Source: Ranitomeya imitator
Lineage: Eukaryota
DNA: 64,000 nt
Direction of reading: 5' to 3'
Assembly (NCBI RefSeq): GCF_032444005.1
Contig: NC_091284.1
Span: 133,982,001-134,046,000 of the forward strand
Of this stretch, positions 1 to 12,757 are shown piece by piece. Each line of letters begins with the position of its first letter. The stretch's first letter is position 1. The notes beneath the pieces were generated by a model. The model was not told where the DNA came from. It saw only the letters and a program-made list of their open reading frames with translations, and made no database searches. The translations under genes and the position numbers were made by a program.

Positions 1-1385
1 GCAGTAAGAATCATAGCATGGCTACACAATTTCTGCCAGGTATGTTTTACTCTGAAGCACTGTGGCCTTTCAGATAAAATACACTTTGAAAAGCTAGCTG
101 GGAACTTTAGGGAGAAACGAGACTAGTCCAATGCAGCCTCCGACTGCCTTGTCCTTGCCCTGCTCTAGGTGATTAACAGGACTCCCTATTTACACAGATA
201 GAGATCAGGCAGGTAGAAGCCCATCCATTGTCTGCTCTGGACCAGTTACTGCCTGTGGTCCATGGCTGGCTTTTCAACTCATGTGTTCTCTGAAATGCTA
301 CAACGTTTCAGAGTGAAACATACCTTGCTGCAATGGTGCCCCCGGACTATGATTCTTGGCACCCGTGGTTCAGGCAACATAAATCCAGTGACAGGATCCC
401 TTTAATTCTTCTACTTTTATAATCATAATCACAGTATAAAGCCCATTGTGATTTCTATTTCCTGAGCAAATCAATGGCAGACAATACTAAATCCAACCCA
501 GTAAAACAAAGCAGACACAATAAACCCTAGGACAAGGGAGTCTGGATTTCAACTCTTCCTTTTCCATTTTGATTAGGGGTTTGATGAGAGAAACTGCCAA
601 GTAAATGTCAGCAAAGGCAAAGTACAAATGAACCATTTGTCATGTGAGCAATGGGTGCACACAGTGGGGAATCCTTCGCAGAAAATTAAGGAATCTGCAT
701 CGAAGCTGTCACTGCAGTATAACGGAGCCCAGACAACAGCTTATAAAGAAATGTTATACTGCTGTATAACAGACCTGTGCTGGATATATTGTAAAGGTCT
801 CCTTAACACAATAGCACTTACTGTAACTTTCCGGAAATACATGTCTTGTAACAGAATGTAAAGATACACAGCCAGCAACCCCATAATACATTCTCTAGAG
901 ACAAAAGGACCTGTTCACATATGGGAGCTATAGGACAGAACTCCTGCATATCCCAACTGTATACCTACAAACTATGAAATATCTAAAAGAAGTATCCTTC
1001 TATATTATTTCAAAACACTCTTGCGGTGATTACTTTGTATCTCCATTCATACTGCACCCACACACACAAATGATAGACCACTTGAAAGGTAAACTTGCCC
1101 CCTTCAGCAAGAAGATAGCCAAACAAGCCACACATCCACGATGTGATCACAAAATACATTTTAAACATTCATTTTCAGAAAACTGCAGTAAGGAAAAATG
1201 ACCTGCAGGTGGCACCACACTACCCCAAAGCATATTAACACAAAGCTGAAACAAATCCTAACATTTGCCTTGGGGGCTTTCCAGTTTGCCGAACTCCTTG
1301 CCCAGCCGATTTCAGGCAGGTACATATAAAATATTTGCTACATATGTGGAAGAAGAATAAAAGTAAAACTTTACCTGTTTACGAC

Positions 1386-1916
1386 TTAGAGGGAACCGGT
1401 CACCTGAATTTGGCGGGACCGGTTTTCGGTCATATGGGCGGAGTTTTCGGGTGTTTGATTCACCCTTTCCTTACCCGAAGGCTGCATGCTGGCCGCAATA
1501 TTGGATTGAAGTTCATTCTCTGTCCTCCATAGTACACGCCTGCGCAAGGCAATCTTGCCTTGCGCACGCGCAGTATGCTTTGCCCAACTGCGGGCAAGGC
1601 CGAAAAGCATTAGTGCGCATGCGCCGGCGCACTATGTCCCGGAACACAGCAAAATACTTCCGGGACATAGTGCGTCGGTGCATGCGCACGAATGCTTTTC
1701 GACTTTGCCCGCAGTTGGGCAAAGCATACTGCGTGTGCGCAAGGCAAGATTGCCTTGCGCAGGCGTGTACTATTTAGGACAGAAAATGAACTTCAATCTA
1801 ATATTGCGGTCAGCATGCAGCCAGCGGGTAAGGAAAGGGTGAATCAAACACCCGAAAACTACGCCCATATGACCGAAAACCGGTCCCGCCAAATTCAGGT
1901 GACAGGTTCCCTTTAA
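1386..1916. mobile_element. Palindromic T2/Kolobok-like MITE (TTAA target, AGGG-AACC termini)
   Basis: Begins ttagAGGGAACCGGTCACCTGAATTTGGCGGGACC and ends GGTCCCGCCAAATTCAGGTGACAGGTTCCCTttaa; the two halves are near-perfect reverse complements around 1641-1665. This explains the mirrored ORFs 1386..1610 and 1692..1916. Confidence 0.85.
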
Positions 1917-2503
1917 GCTTTAAAACTGAAGATATAAATTAATGCAGCCTAAAAGGGACCGGACAGGTTCTGAACCATCAGATTTTCCATATTATTGGAC
2001 AGTCATTGAAAAGTCTTATCTTCCTTCTAAAGTTGCAGCTTACTGGTGAACGGGAGTCGCCTCTGGTTCCAAGTAAAAAACTGCAGCATTGACATAACTT
2101 AGACTGTATATTGTTTCCAGATGCGAGAGATTGGTGGAAACAACCTTGCAAAAATTGAAAAAACAAAAACAAAACGGAAGGGACGAAAAAAAAAAAGGTA
2201 AAATAATCTGCAGATATTACTTTTTTTTTTTAAAGGAATATTCTCAATTATAATACAATGGCGTAAATGCGCTCACTTATGGGGTCAATTCTCCATCATT
2301 TTTACTGTCAAAGTGGCACTGCTGTACAGGGAGCTGCTCCGTTCACAAACATAGGGCTGTGTTGCACTTCCCTACACTGCAGATAGATGGCAGTGCTGCT
2401 GTGGAGGGGAAAAAAATGCTGCTGCCCCTATTATTCTGACAATCAGACCCCTTCTGATCAGTAAGTAAAATACCATTATGTTTAATGTTGGGGGATCTCT
2501 TTT

Positions 2504-2700
2504 AGGCTGGAGTCACACACAGTGTATATTTATAAAAAAAAAAAAAAAAAAAAAAAAAATCGGTGTTTTACACGTACGAGAATCGCAGAAATGTTCCCTG
2601 AACAGTGATCCGTATGTCATCGGTGTGCAGTGCGAGGATGCGATTTTCTCGCATGTAACATCCGTATGGCGAGATTTTCTGTCTAATAATAATAAAAAAT
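2504..2700. mobile_element. Truncated Harbinger-like MITE (left end only)
   Basis: tta|GGCTGGAGTCACAC terminus of the same style as other MITEs in the window; no right TIR found. Confidence 0.5.
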
Positions 2701-3399
2701 AATATATATATTATGTAGATGTAGAATTTTGAATTGACCTTTGGAAAGAAGGCTGGGTCAGTTTTAATTATTACTCTGTCCTCCAAAAAGGTAGTGTATA
2801 TGAAGTATCAATAGAGATAGCTTGAATCTCACTAATGCGTCGAGCCGACGTAAGGGCAACCAGGAGAACCGTTTTTAAGGTTAGAGTTTTTTCTGAGATG
2901 GAGTGAAGAGGCTCAAAAGGAGGAGAGGTTAAGGCCTGGCGCACTAAATTTAGATCCCAGGGAGCTACCTTTGGAGGAGGTTTAAATGGTCTGGCTGTAA
3001 AGGAGGCTCGGATGAACCTATACACCCAGGGGTGATCAGCCAATTTTTGATCAAATATGGCGCCAAGCGCCGAACCTGCACCTTTAAGGTGCTGGTAGAT
3101 AAACCCCGTTCCAACCCTTTTTGGAGGAACTCCAAGACTTCACTTATTGGGACTTTATGAGTGGTACTTGACAGGCGTCATCCTGAAAACTCTAGAAATT
3201 ATTGCCAGATTTTCTGATATTTATCGGATGTAATTTTTTTCCTGCTGGATAGCAGAGTCGCAATTAACGGAGCTGAAAATCCCTTTGCTAGCAGAAGCCC
3301 CCTCTCAAGTTCCAGGCAGTGAGATGTAGGCTGTGTACTTGAGGATGGGATACTGGACCCTGGTGTAGTAGATTTGGAACATCTGGAAGGATCCATGGC

Positions 3400-4110
3400 T
3401 CAGATATGGACATACGTCTGAGCCAGGTGAACCATTCCCTCTTTGGCCAGAAAGGTGCGATCAGTATTATTCGTGTCCCGTCCTCTCGGATTTTTTTTCA
3501 ACACTGTTGGTATTAGCGGAATCGGGGGAAATGCGTAGGCAAGTTGGAACTTCCATTGGTGCAACAGCACATCCACTCCTTCTGTGTTCTCCCCTGGGTT
3601 CAAGGAATAGAATCTTTCTACCTTCTGGTTTTGTTTTGTGGCAAAGAGATCTACCTGTGAAATACCCCAACTGGTGCAGATTTCCCCAAATTTTTCTTGA
3701 TTTAGGGACCATTCGTTCTGGTGTAGCACGTGCCCGCTTAAGAAGTCTTCAACAAGGTTGTCCGTCCCTTTTAGGTGTGTGCTTGTCAAGGATAAGAGGT
3801 GATTTTCTGCCCAAGAAAACAGTCTTTTGGCTTCTTCTAACAGAGACCTCGACCTTGTTCCCCCTTGTCGATATATGTAAGAGACTGCTGTGCTGTTGTC
3901 GGATAGGACCACTAGGTGATTTCCTTTCACAGTCCCTTCTATTTGTAGAACTGCTTGCCTTACTGCTGTTAGTTCCTTTAGGTTGGAGGATGCCGACTCC
4001 ATTTGAGGATCCCATCTGCCTTGCAGAATCTGATCTTTTAAGTGGGCCCCCCAGCCGAGAGGGCTCGCATCAGTGGTTCGTACCACCGGATTGGGGATCG
4101 ACCATGGCAC
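3400..4110 (-). pseudogene. DIRS1 RNase H plus Dam-like methyltransferase domain remnant
   Basis: TTDAS/ELTAV/SDN/EDFLS RNase H motifs followed by VDLFAT ... AYAFPP, typical of the DIRS1 methyltransferase extension. Confidence 0.85.
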
Positions 4111-4213
4111 CCCTATTTTTAAATTCTCTAATTTGAGCCACCAATTTAAAGAGTCCTGAACTTGTGGCCATAGGGCGATTTTCCGATTTAAATTGTAGGG
4201 GTTCTTTGCCTGT

Positions 4214-5161
4214 TCAGTCAGGATTTGCCACTGTAACTCTCTTGAATGCAGTTGAGCCCATTAAACCGCCGGAATTGTGGCTGTCAACATCCCTAGAAGG
4301 GACATGGCTTCTCTTCTTATCGAGATGGACCGGGCCAATTGGGTTTGTTTTATGGCTTTGATTTTCCTGTTCGGAAGGACACACACTTGTTTGATTGAGT
4401 CCAGCTGAATTCCCAGGAATTCCTGTATCTGGTTTGGAATCTGTTTTGATTTTTTTAAATTTATTAACCATCCTAGTTTGGACAGTAGGTTCCGTACTTT
4501 TGTGACTGCCTCTATGCAGTCTTCCTGGCTGTCTGCTATAAGGAGAAAATCTTCTAAAATCGTGTACTAATGAGATGTTTTTCTTCCTTACCAACGATGC
4601 CATCTCTGAGATAATTTTTGTAAAAATTCGGGGGGCTACCGATACCCCGAAAGGGAGACACTGGTACTCTAGATGAGTGGGAATTTGATTTATTTCTACT
4701 ACCAACCTTAAACATTGTTGATGTTCTACACAAATGGGAACATGATAGTAGGCATCTGTGAGGTCTATGACTGCCATGTAACAGACTGGATATAGCAGTT
4801 TTACTGTAGTTTTTAACGTCTCCATTTTGAATTTTTCTACTCGGATATATTGATTTTGGGATTTTAAGTTGAAGATAGTTCTTAGTGAACCATCCGCCTC
4901 TGGTGTGGGAAACAGGGTACTGTAAAACCATTTCCCTATCTCTTGTGCAGGTACTTTTATAAGGACTTGTTTTTCCATGAGGAGATGAACTTCCTTTTCT
5001 AGCATCACCTGGTTTCTTTTTGCCACATGGGTGATTTTTACTCGATGAGGAGGGAGGGAGGTGAATTTCAGCTGTAGGCCTTCTGATAATAGGGTCATTA
5101 CCCATTGTGAGACTTGTAACTTTTCCCACTGATGGACAAAGAACCGAAGCCTTCCCCCCAC
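4214..5161 (-). pseudogene. DIRS1 reverse transcriptase, frameshifted near the YxDD box
   Basis: RT motifs present up to PRIFTKII, then the frame is lost (ISLVHDF...) where YLDD is expected. Confidence 0.85.
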
Positions 5162-6901
5162 CCGGATGTCGGTGTCATTGTTGTTTGGGTCTGGTTTTTG
5201 AGGGGGTTTATTAAAGAGCTATCCTCTTTCTCTTCTGTCATTCCAGGCCTTCCCACGTGTGGACTTATCCCCTGGCCGACCCCGGCCGGCTTTTCCAGGA
5301 CCCCGAAAGGAACGCCAGGTATCATTCCAACGGCGTCTTGAGAAGGGGGGAGGAGGGAAGTGTTTTTTCTTTTAATTAGATTTAATACATTCTCGTGGAA
5401 AGGGAAAGCTCTCCGTTTTTTTCCCTCTAGATTACTAAACATAGAGTCTTGGGTTGTTTTATGTTCTTTTGGTGTTTCGACCTCCAAAGTGGATCTAACT
5501 AGTTTTAGTAGTTTCCCCACGTCTTCAGATAATACATACGGTCGACCACACTCTTCGTCTGAAGAGTCTAAATCGGAGTCATCACCAGGTGGTAATTCCT
5601 CCGGTTCACCTTCTGATTGCACGTCAGAGTTTTGGGCAGGTCTAGGGGGTGGATTTTCAGAGCTATGTAACCCATGATGTTTCATCTGCACTTTTACTGT
5701 GATTTTAACTTGATCCCTAACGATACTGTAGCTTTTATGTTTTGGAGCAATGATGAGGATTCCTCGGCCACGGTTTTATCTATGCATAGCCGTCAAATCT
5801 GCTTCTCATAAGTTCTAGAAAGCGCTTTATTACAGAGTGCACACACTTTGTTTTTCTGTTTGGCCGTAGCTTTCTTTCCCTGCATAACATGATACAGAAA
5901 GACACTGTTACTGACGTGTTTTGCCTTACAAAGGCACTCACCCACCAGAACCTCAATACAATGGGAGTCTGTGGGATGTCCACCAGAATCGGCGGGTCCG
6001 CCATTGTCAGAGAAGCTAATGCCACAGTTACTTGTGCAGTGCTTCTTTAAATATTATAGAGTGAGAGCGGTGTGAGCGTCCCTGAACATTCTCCCCCTGG
6101 GAGTGTCAGCACACCACTCTCCCCGGCGTGCGACGTCACTTCCGGTCTGAACCGGAAGTCGTTCCATTCACCTTGGCGCCAGCTTAGTGATGGGCACGCC
6201 CCCTACCCCGGCCCAGCCTCCGGCCAGGAGCGGACGCCGGAGAGCCCGCAGCGAGACGCATGCCATCCAACAGCTATGTGCTCTGTGAGTAATGCCGCAC
6301 ATTGCTCCCCCTGTGCGCCGACCAGCTGTTCCCGCCGCGGACCTCGGTCTCCAGACCGGCACGGCCCAAGAGAGAACCCTCCGGCATCGCAGGCTCCCCG
6401 CAGGAAGAGGAAACCGAACTGAGGAGAGAAGTGCCTCCCCCATCTTTTATCTCCTCTGCAGGTTTCCTGTTCCTGGGGGCTGGGACCATTTCTCATGTAT
6501 AGGTGCTGTCATGGGGAAGGGAAAAAATAGGCAGCATGTGCATGAGATTTAAGAAATCCCATTCACTTTGCCGGTGTAACGTGGCGTGGGCCAGTAGCCA
6601 TGGGCGAGGTACTTGTGTCTTACGCCCCTGCACGCTACATTAAGGTGGGTGTCCTGGCTGGGCGGGTAGACTTGTGCTGTGAGGGCGCTACGCCGGTTAA
6701 AGCCACATGTCACCGATGTTGCTGGTTTGCCAGGCCAGGTGTTGGACAATTCAATGTGGGAGAGCACCATTTAAAAATAAACTTTGTACTCAACGGTATC
6801 TTGGTAGGGAATGTATACAAGAGATAGTGAGTACACAGTCTTATGAACGTTTCCTTTACAACTAGCAGCATTTTCTACACCGTTTCCTTCTTTCTTCTCT
6901 C

Positions 6902-6971
6902 TATTGTTCTCGATCGTTACCTTTCCTGTTTCTACTTATTGTTCTCGATCGTTACCTTTCCTGTTTCTACT
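6902..6971. repeat. Perfect 35-bp tandem duplication
   Basis: TATTGTTCTCGATCGTTACCTTTCCTGTTTCTACT twice (6902-6936, 6937-6971). Confidence 0.9.
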
Positions 6972-9859
6972 TATCTTCTATTTCCACTGTTTCTTACTAC
7001 TTCACCACAACCCAGCTCAACACTACAGTCCTTTCAGCAAGAGTCATGTACTCGTCACATGGATCAGTATGTTCTTTTCACTAAGGGAGCCAGTATGGCA
7101 GGTACTTATCTTTTCTAATGCTGACATTCTGGAACGCGATAGATGCTACTGCGCAGACACCGTCACCAGCACCATTTTGATGAATATTTTTTTTTCCCCA
7201 AACAATCTATGCAGTATGTAAAATAGGGGCAGGTCACTTAGGGATCAGTGTCCTGTCATAAGCCATACAGATGAATATGTTAGCAGAGCAAAACAAAGAC
7301 CACTCTACAGGCCACCCCAAAGCACGAGAATCTCATTACCTGAAAACTACAAATAAAGATAAAACAACAACCACAAGACAAATTTCATCAACCCAGGTAT
7401 CATTTTATTCAGTATAACAGTGCCATCCTGACACTGTCTGTAGATTACTGAACAAAATGCTGCAGACAGGTTCGATTTAAGGAAATATAGTTTTAGCACA
7501 GTAATGGTATGGCCCTAGGGAGTTGGTAAGTTTCAGTGCCACCTTAGATGCTGTGCCTAGAGAGGTCACTTTGCCACATAAGAGGACACCAGTACTTCTA
7601 ATGGCGCGGATATGGTTCTCGGAATAGGACTCAGCATAATTAAGCCATAAGCACAAGATACAAGTCAATTCCTATAGGCATAGTACATGGCAAAGATAAA
7701 ACATGGATAAATCTATTGGGGAAGATTTATGAAACCTGTCTATAAGCAACCATTCACAGCACAGCTTTCATTTTGCCAGCATGGGTATAGAAATAAACGG
7801 TTGTGTTCTGATAGTTTGCTATGGGCAACGTAACCAGTGTTCACAAATGGGTCTATGAGGCCTTTTCTAATATTTTTCCTAGTTGATCATTTTTTCCCTC
7901 TGGAAATTATGGAGTTATGCCAGAGGTGTCGGAGATAGTATTTTAATTTCTTCTGCTTAAAGGGGGTTTCCACTTTTAGGAAAATGGACTCCAAACACTC
8001 AAAAATACCTAAAATATCCAACAAAGCAGGTGCTCACCCATCCCATGCCCTGCTCCGGTGTCAGTGCTTTAGCTGCAGCGTAGATGCCACATCAGCTGCA
8101 CATATCACCGCTGCAGCCAATCACTGAGCTCTATGATTAGTCATCACAGTCACAGGGAGCTGGCGCTTGACCCGCCGAAGGTGGATACCTGCTGTGTTTG
8201 TTATTTTCAAGCATTTGGTGTCTATTTTTGTGGCAGTGGAAAATCCTTCTATATTGCAGTACGTATGTTAGCCATGGATTCCATGGATTGGAAATAAGAT
8301 CGCTCCAAAACATCCTCTTTCTGCACTCCATGTGCTAAATGTGTTCAGCCACATTTATTAATGTGTAAAGGTCAATAGTAAGGATGGGTTCAGACAGAAT
8401 CCGCACTGCAGCGAAATCCCCAGTGAAAATCCTGCAACATAGCGGCTGTGTGCAGAATCTGCAGTGTTTAGTTGAGTTTTCACAGCGCCTACCATATATA
8501 TTAGAAGCGGTCACACATTCTAGGTGTGGATTCAGCCATGTCTGAACGAGACCGATGCCCACTATACAGAGGATAATAATGTCCTCATATCTGCGCACAA
8601 ATCCTTCTCATAATTTTTTTCCATTACTATGAAGCAGACTGCAAGTTTATAACATCAGCATTTTACATACATTCATTCCCGGAAAAAGTGTTTTTCCTGA
8701 GGATATCGGATGTTCGGTAAATGTACAGAATACACAACAGTAAACCCTCTGCAGCCTGGAAACGGACAGACTAACAATCCGGTATCCAGGCTCTGCAGAC
8801 GTCTTTCCATAAACACCTGGTGATTACATGATGACAAACACACCAATGTAAATGATACGCTCTCAGACAAAGATTTCCATTAAACCCATGACAAAATATA
8901 CAAGATGTATAGCGCGTAATTGATTAAGAAACCCATTGTGCTCCACTCAAACATGCCAATATGACAGAAAATTGCTGTATAGAATCAACTATATATAATA
9001 TCAGAATATGTAAGATGTGAAAACTAAATAACCTAATGTTCCACGAAGAGGGGAAGGCACCCTTGTCCCTATTAAGAGAATGACAGTCTCCTATACTTAT
9101 ACTGACCCCTAGTGGACACATTGAGATTGCAATAGTTGACTTTATTAATTTGTCATGTCATTGCAGTAGTTAAAAGCATAGTTTTCAGGCGGTTTACTGC
9201 ACAAAAATGCAATAAAATCCACTCTGAACGCTTTTCCAGCTGATGTCCTCCATGCACCCCGTTCTATACAGCCGTCTCAGCTTTTAAACCTGCATTATGT
9301 GTCTGAACGCTAGAAACGTCATGGCGTTAATGGACACATTATGTACACAGCTCAATGTACTGTGCACAGGAGACTGGTATATGCAGTAACAGCTTACTAA
9401 ACTCAGGGATGGATTTCTAACAAGAAACATGGCAAAGTTGGAGCAGTCCTAGTTTTAAAAGCAATTTGTCATCAGAAAATGACAAAAGGTTTATATCTTA
9501 AATGTATATTAAAAAATGTATATCAGTTTTCATATCACGATCTGTGTTAAAATAAAATGGAATTTTGCAGTGTTCGCATTGGCCACTGGAGTTACTGTAA
9601 ACTCCTTCTTGTGCAGGAAATTCACTTGTACATTAGCAGCAACAGACTTACAAAGGCAATCTTTTCTACTGAAGCAGCTAATCAGCATGTGCAAATGGGA
9701 TTATGAGGGAATCTGTGACAACACCTATGGTGAACCCAGTGTTACCTGCTGTGTATAGATGAGCTTTCACCTGTCATTGTGATCCTGCTTGTAATAATAA
9801 TGAGACTTCAGAAATATCTTCTGGAACTGGGAGTCTAAAATTGCCTCAGCTGATCTATA

Positions 9860-11012
9860 CAGCTGACATGTGCCCGCTACAGCCGTGGGTGGAATCGCGA
9901 TCCACTTGCGGCTGTTAACTAGTTAAATGTCGCTATCAATCTCCGACAGCGTTATTTAACTCGCGCTTACCAGAAGCGCGTCCTTTATCCCACTAATCAG
10001 TGACCCCATCACATGATCGCAGGTCACCAATGGGTCGGTATGGCAACCAGAGGTCTCCTGCAGACCTCTATGGTTGCCATAGCCAGATTGCTATGAGCAC
10101 CGCCAGGTGATCAGCACTCATAACAAGTGAGCATTTCTGCTACACACAGGCGATCTGATCATCACCTGGATGTAGCACAAGCGGTTAGACAACTGCAGCT
10201 TCTAGTCTCCAATGGAGACTATTGAAGCATGTAAAGTTTAAAAAAAAAAAGTTTTTAAAAATCTAAAAAAAAAATAAAAAAAAGTTATAATCACCCCCGT
10301 CGCCCCATTCAAAACAATAATAATAATAAAAAATATATACACATATTCCGTTTTACCATATAGTGAACATGGTATATATAAAAACAAAAAAACAAAAAAA
10401 AACCCACAACTGTGGAGTTGCACTTTTATTTTTGCAATTTCACCACACTTTGAATTTTTGTTTCTGGTTTTCCAGTACAGAACATGTTAAAACCAATGGT
10501 GTAGTTCAAGGAAACATCTTGTCCTGCAAAAAACAAGCCCTCACATGGCCATCCAGTAGTTTGAGAAAACAGATAGACCGCACCACCGCCTATTAATCTT
10601 AGTGGAAACTGCTCACCTGCGGTGGAAGTCAGATCTCGGGTGCTGTGTCAGACCTCCATGTAGACTTGTTCATTTGCAAAGAAGAAAGAGGCAGCACTCG
10701 CCGATCATCCGAGACAGGTAAGTTTATTCACACACGGTAAAAATCTTCACGGCCGGGGGTGCTGTACAATGAGAACAATCAGGCTTGCCGCTCTCATTGT
10801 ACAGCACCCCCGGCCGTGAAGATTTTTACCGTGTGTGAATAAACTTACCTGTCTCGGATGATCGGTGAGTGTTGCCTCTTTCTTCTTTGCAAATGAACAC
10901 CTCACATGGTCATATTGACCGAAAAAAAAAAAAAAAAAACTTATGGCTCTGAGAAGGAGGGGAGCAAAAAACGAAAGCGCAAGAAACTGAAATACACTTG
11001 GTCGTTAAGGGG
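9860..11012. mobile_element. Fragment of large TTAA-type (piggyBac-like, CCCCTT terminus) non-autonomous repeat
   Basis: Ends TGGTCGTTAAGGGG|ttag; reverse complement of the copy at 55829-56980 (shared CAAGCCCTCACATGGCC, TTATGGCTCTG, CAGCTGACATGTGCCCG). Confidence 0.65.
10553..10899 (-). mobile_element. Penelope-like element remnant (inverted pseudo-LTR pair plus tail) with 14-bp TSD
   Basis: 108-bp arms 10667-10774 and 10792-10899 (2 mismatches, 17-nt loop) containing GGTGAGTGTTGCC. Flanked by CCTCACATGG(C/T)CAT at 10539-10552 and 10900-10913, which restores the host repeat. Confidence 0.7.
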
Positions 11013-11921
11013 TTAGTAAAGATTGTAACCTCAAAAGAAAAAAAAACATTGTAAAAACAAACAATAAAAGAAAAGACAAACAAGAGGTCATTTTCTGATA
11101 ATACATTCTCTTAAAATTAGTCAGTCTACTCCATATGTGACTATTGATAGGCAGGGTCCAGAAATCCTCCTTTGCATCAGGTGTGTAGTCAGCGAATATC
11201 TACGTGGGATCTCCGTGTTCTGGCACGCACCATAGAATCTCATAACTGGTGACACGTGGTAATGACCCACCATCAATGCAGGATGTTTCCAGAGTGCAGA
11301 ACACGATATAAAGAGCACAATATAATACAATTGCTTTACAGAAATGTGATATCTCAGCCTGCAGAACCTGAAACACCAAATCTGCAACCACCTGAAACCT
11401 GGGGAGCAGAACTGACCTATTCGATAAGTCATCCAATTAATGGAAAAAAAAAATTGTACAAAATGAAGACATAGGAGGTTCGGTACAATTTCTAGGTCAC
11501 TATTCAAAGAACATTTGTCGAATTGAGAAATGATCAGACAACAGTTGATTAATTATCATTGCATTTAACGGTTGACTTCGAATAATGACTTTACACGTAA
11601 GGGCAACTCGAAACCTGTGTGAAAGCAACTTATCTTCAAGCCTTCCTGTAAGAAACTAATAAATGCTAGGTGATCGGAAAGTTGTGTGATCTCTTATCTG
11701 TTTGACAAATATCTGATTGTGTATGTGCAGATTGGGATGACTCATGTCTACTGTAATCATCATCTAATGGCAGCTGTTGAAACCTTGGACTACGGCATAA
11801 TTGATACCAAGATCTTCTAAAAGTCTAAATTATACGCTGATCTGGCACAAGTGTCAAAAGCCACACGACCTGCAGTGATGAATGAATCAGTGCAGAAGTG
11901 TGCAGGAACACAGAAGTATTA

Positions 11922-12230
11922 GGCTACGTTCAGATTTGCGTTCCGCCGGGCTGCGTCGGGCGCAGCCGCGGCGACGCATGCGTCATGCGCCCCTATATTT
12001 AACATGGGGGCGCATGGACATGCGTTGTGCTGAGTTTTGCGATGCATGCGTCTTTTTGGCCGCACGCGTCAGGACGCAATGGACGCAGGAAGATGCATTT
12101 TTTTTGCGTCCAAAATTTGGCAAAAAAGGACGCATGCGTCGCAAAACGCAGCGTTTTAGCGTGCATTTTTATTTGCGTTGTGCGTTGCGTCGCCGACGCA
12201 GCGGCGCACAACGCAAATGTGAACGTAGCC
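11922..12230. mobile_element. Harbinger-like MITE, complete
   Basis: TTA|GGCTACGTTCAGATTTGCG ... CGCAAATGTGAACGTAGCC|TTA; 3-bp TTA TSD. Confidence 0.85.
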
Positions 12231-12699
12231 TTAGCGGCAAAATTGTACATGTTTTCTGTGCACCTGCAGGTGGAGGTCAGCATTATGTGTCAGCTTAAAG
12301 GGTGATCGTGCCTGTCACCTTAGCTGACTGTATGGCCAGATGGCTGGTCATTGAGCAGAGATCCAAATCTGTTCATGTGCCAACACCAGCGCCATTTTGC
12401 TGATAATTTCCAGGAGATTCATCTGTTTAAGAATGGTGCTGGCACAAACTTTAGAAAAGAAGGAAGATACACATGCCAAAGGCAAGTGGAGGGGTCGGGG
12501 CAGGAGCTGAAGACCCTACTCACGGTCCTGCCCTATGCACCAAAAGCTTATTTCACCCAAAAGTCCAATACTGATTAAACAACCACCAGGATGCAGATTT
12601 CTTCACTACAGGTATGTATTTATTCTGTATAACAGCGCCATTATGGCCGTGCCTTTACTTTACAATCAAAATCGTACTGACAGGTTCTCTTTAACTGAA

Positions 12700-12757
12700 T
12701 AATAATAATTAATAATAATTTTATTTATATAGCGCCAACATATTCCGCAGCGCTTTA
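12700..12757 (-). mobile_element. 3' tail of SINE/L2-type retroposon
   Basis: Minus strand AAAGCGCTGCGGAATATGTTGGCGCTATATAAATAAAA(TTA)n, the same tail as the SINE at 43730-43960. Confidence 0.6.

Larger units (their letters stand above)
2715..6527 (-). mobile_element. DIRS1-like tyrosine-recombinase retrotransposon, degenerate and 3'-truncated (DIRS-A)
   Basis: Minus-strand order gag-like (5098..5691), RT (4214..5161: GGRL..F...W, FYSTLF, IDLTDAYYHVPI, LPFGVSVAPRIFTK), RNase H plus methyltransferase-like domain (3400..4110: TTDASPLGWGAH, ELTAV, SDNSTAVSYI..QGGTRS, VDLFAT, AYAFPP), YR fragments (3199..3396; 2771..3043 PWDLNLV..L..PPFEPL, LVALTSARRISEIQA). 5' end TTTCCCTTCCCCATGACAGCACC. Confidence 0.92.

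Noticed and set aside
3507-4136. 209-aa plus-strand ORF, and similar ORFs antisense to CR1 (61370..63481) and Tc1
   Set aside because: Antisense shadows of TE coding sequence with no independent motifs.
6575-6830. Possible solo LTR (TGTAACG start, AATAAA)
   Set aside because: No clear CA end, TSD or second copy.
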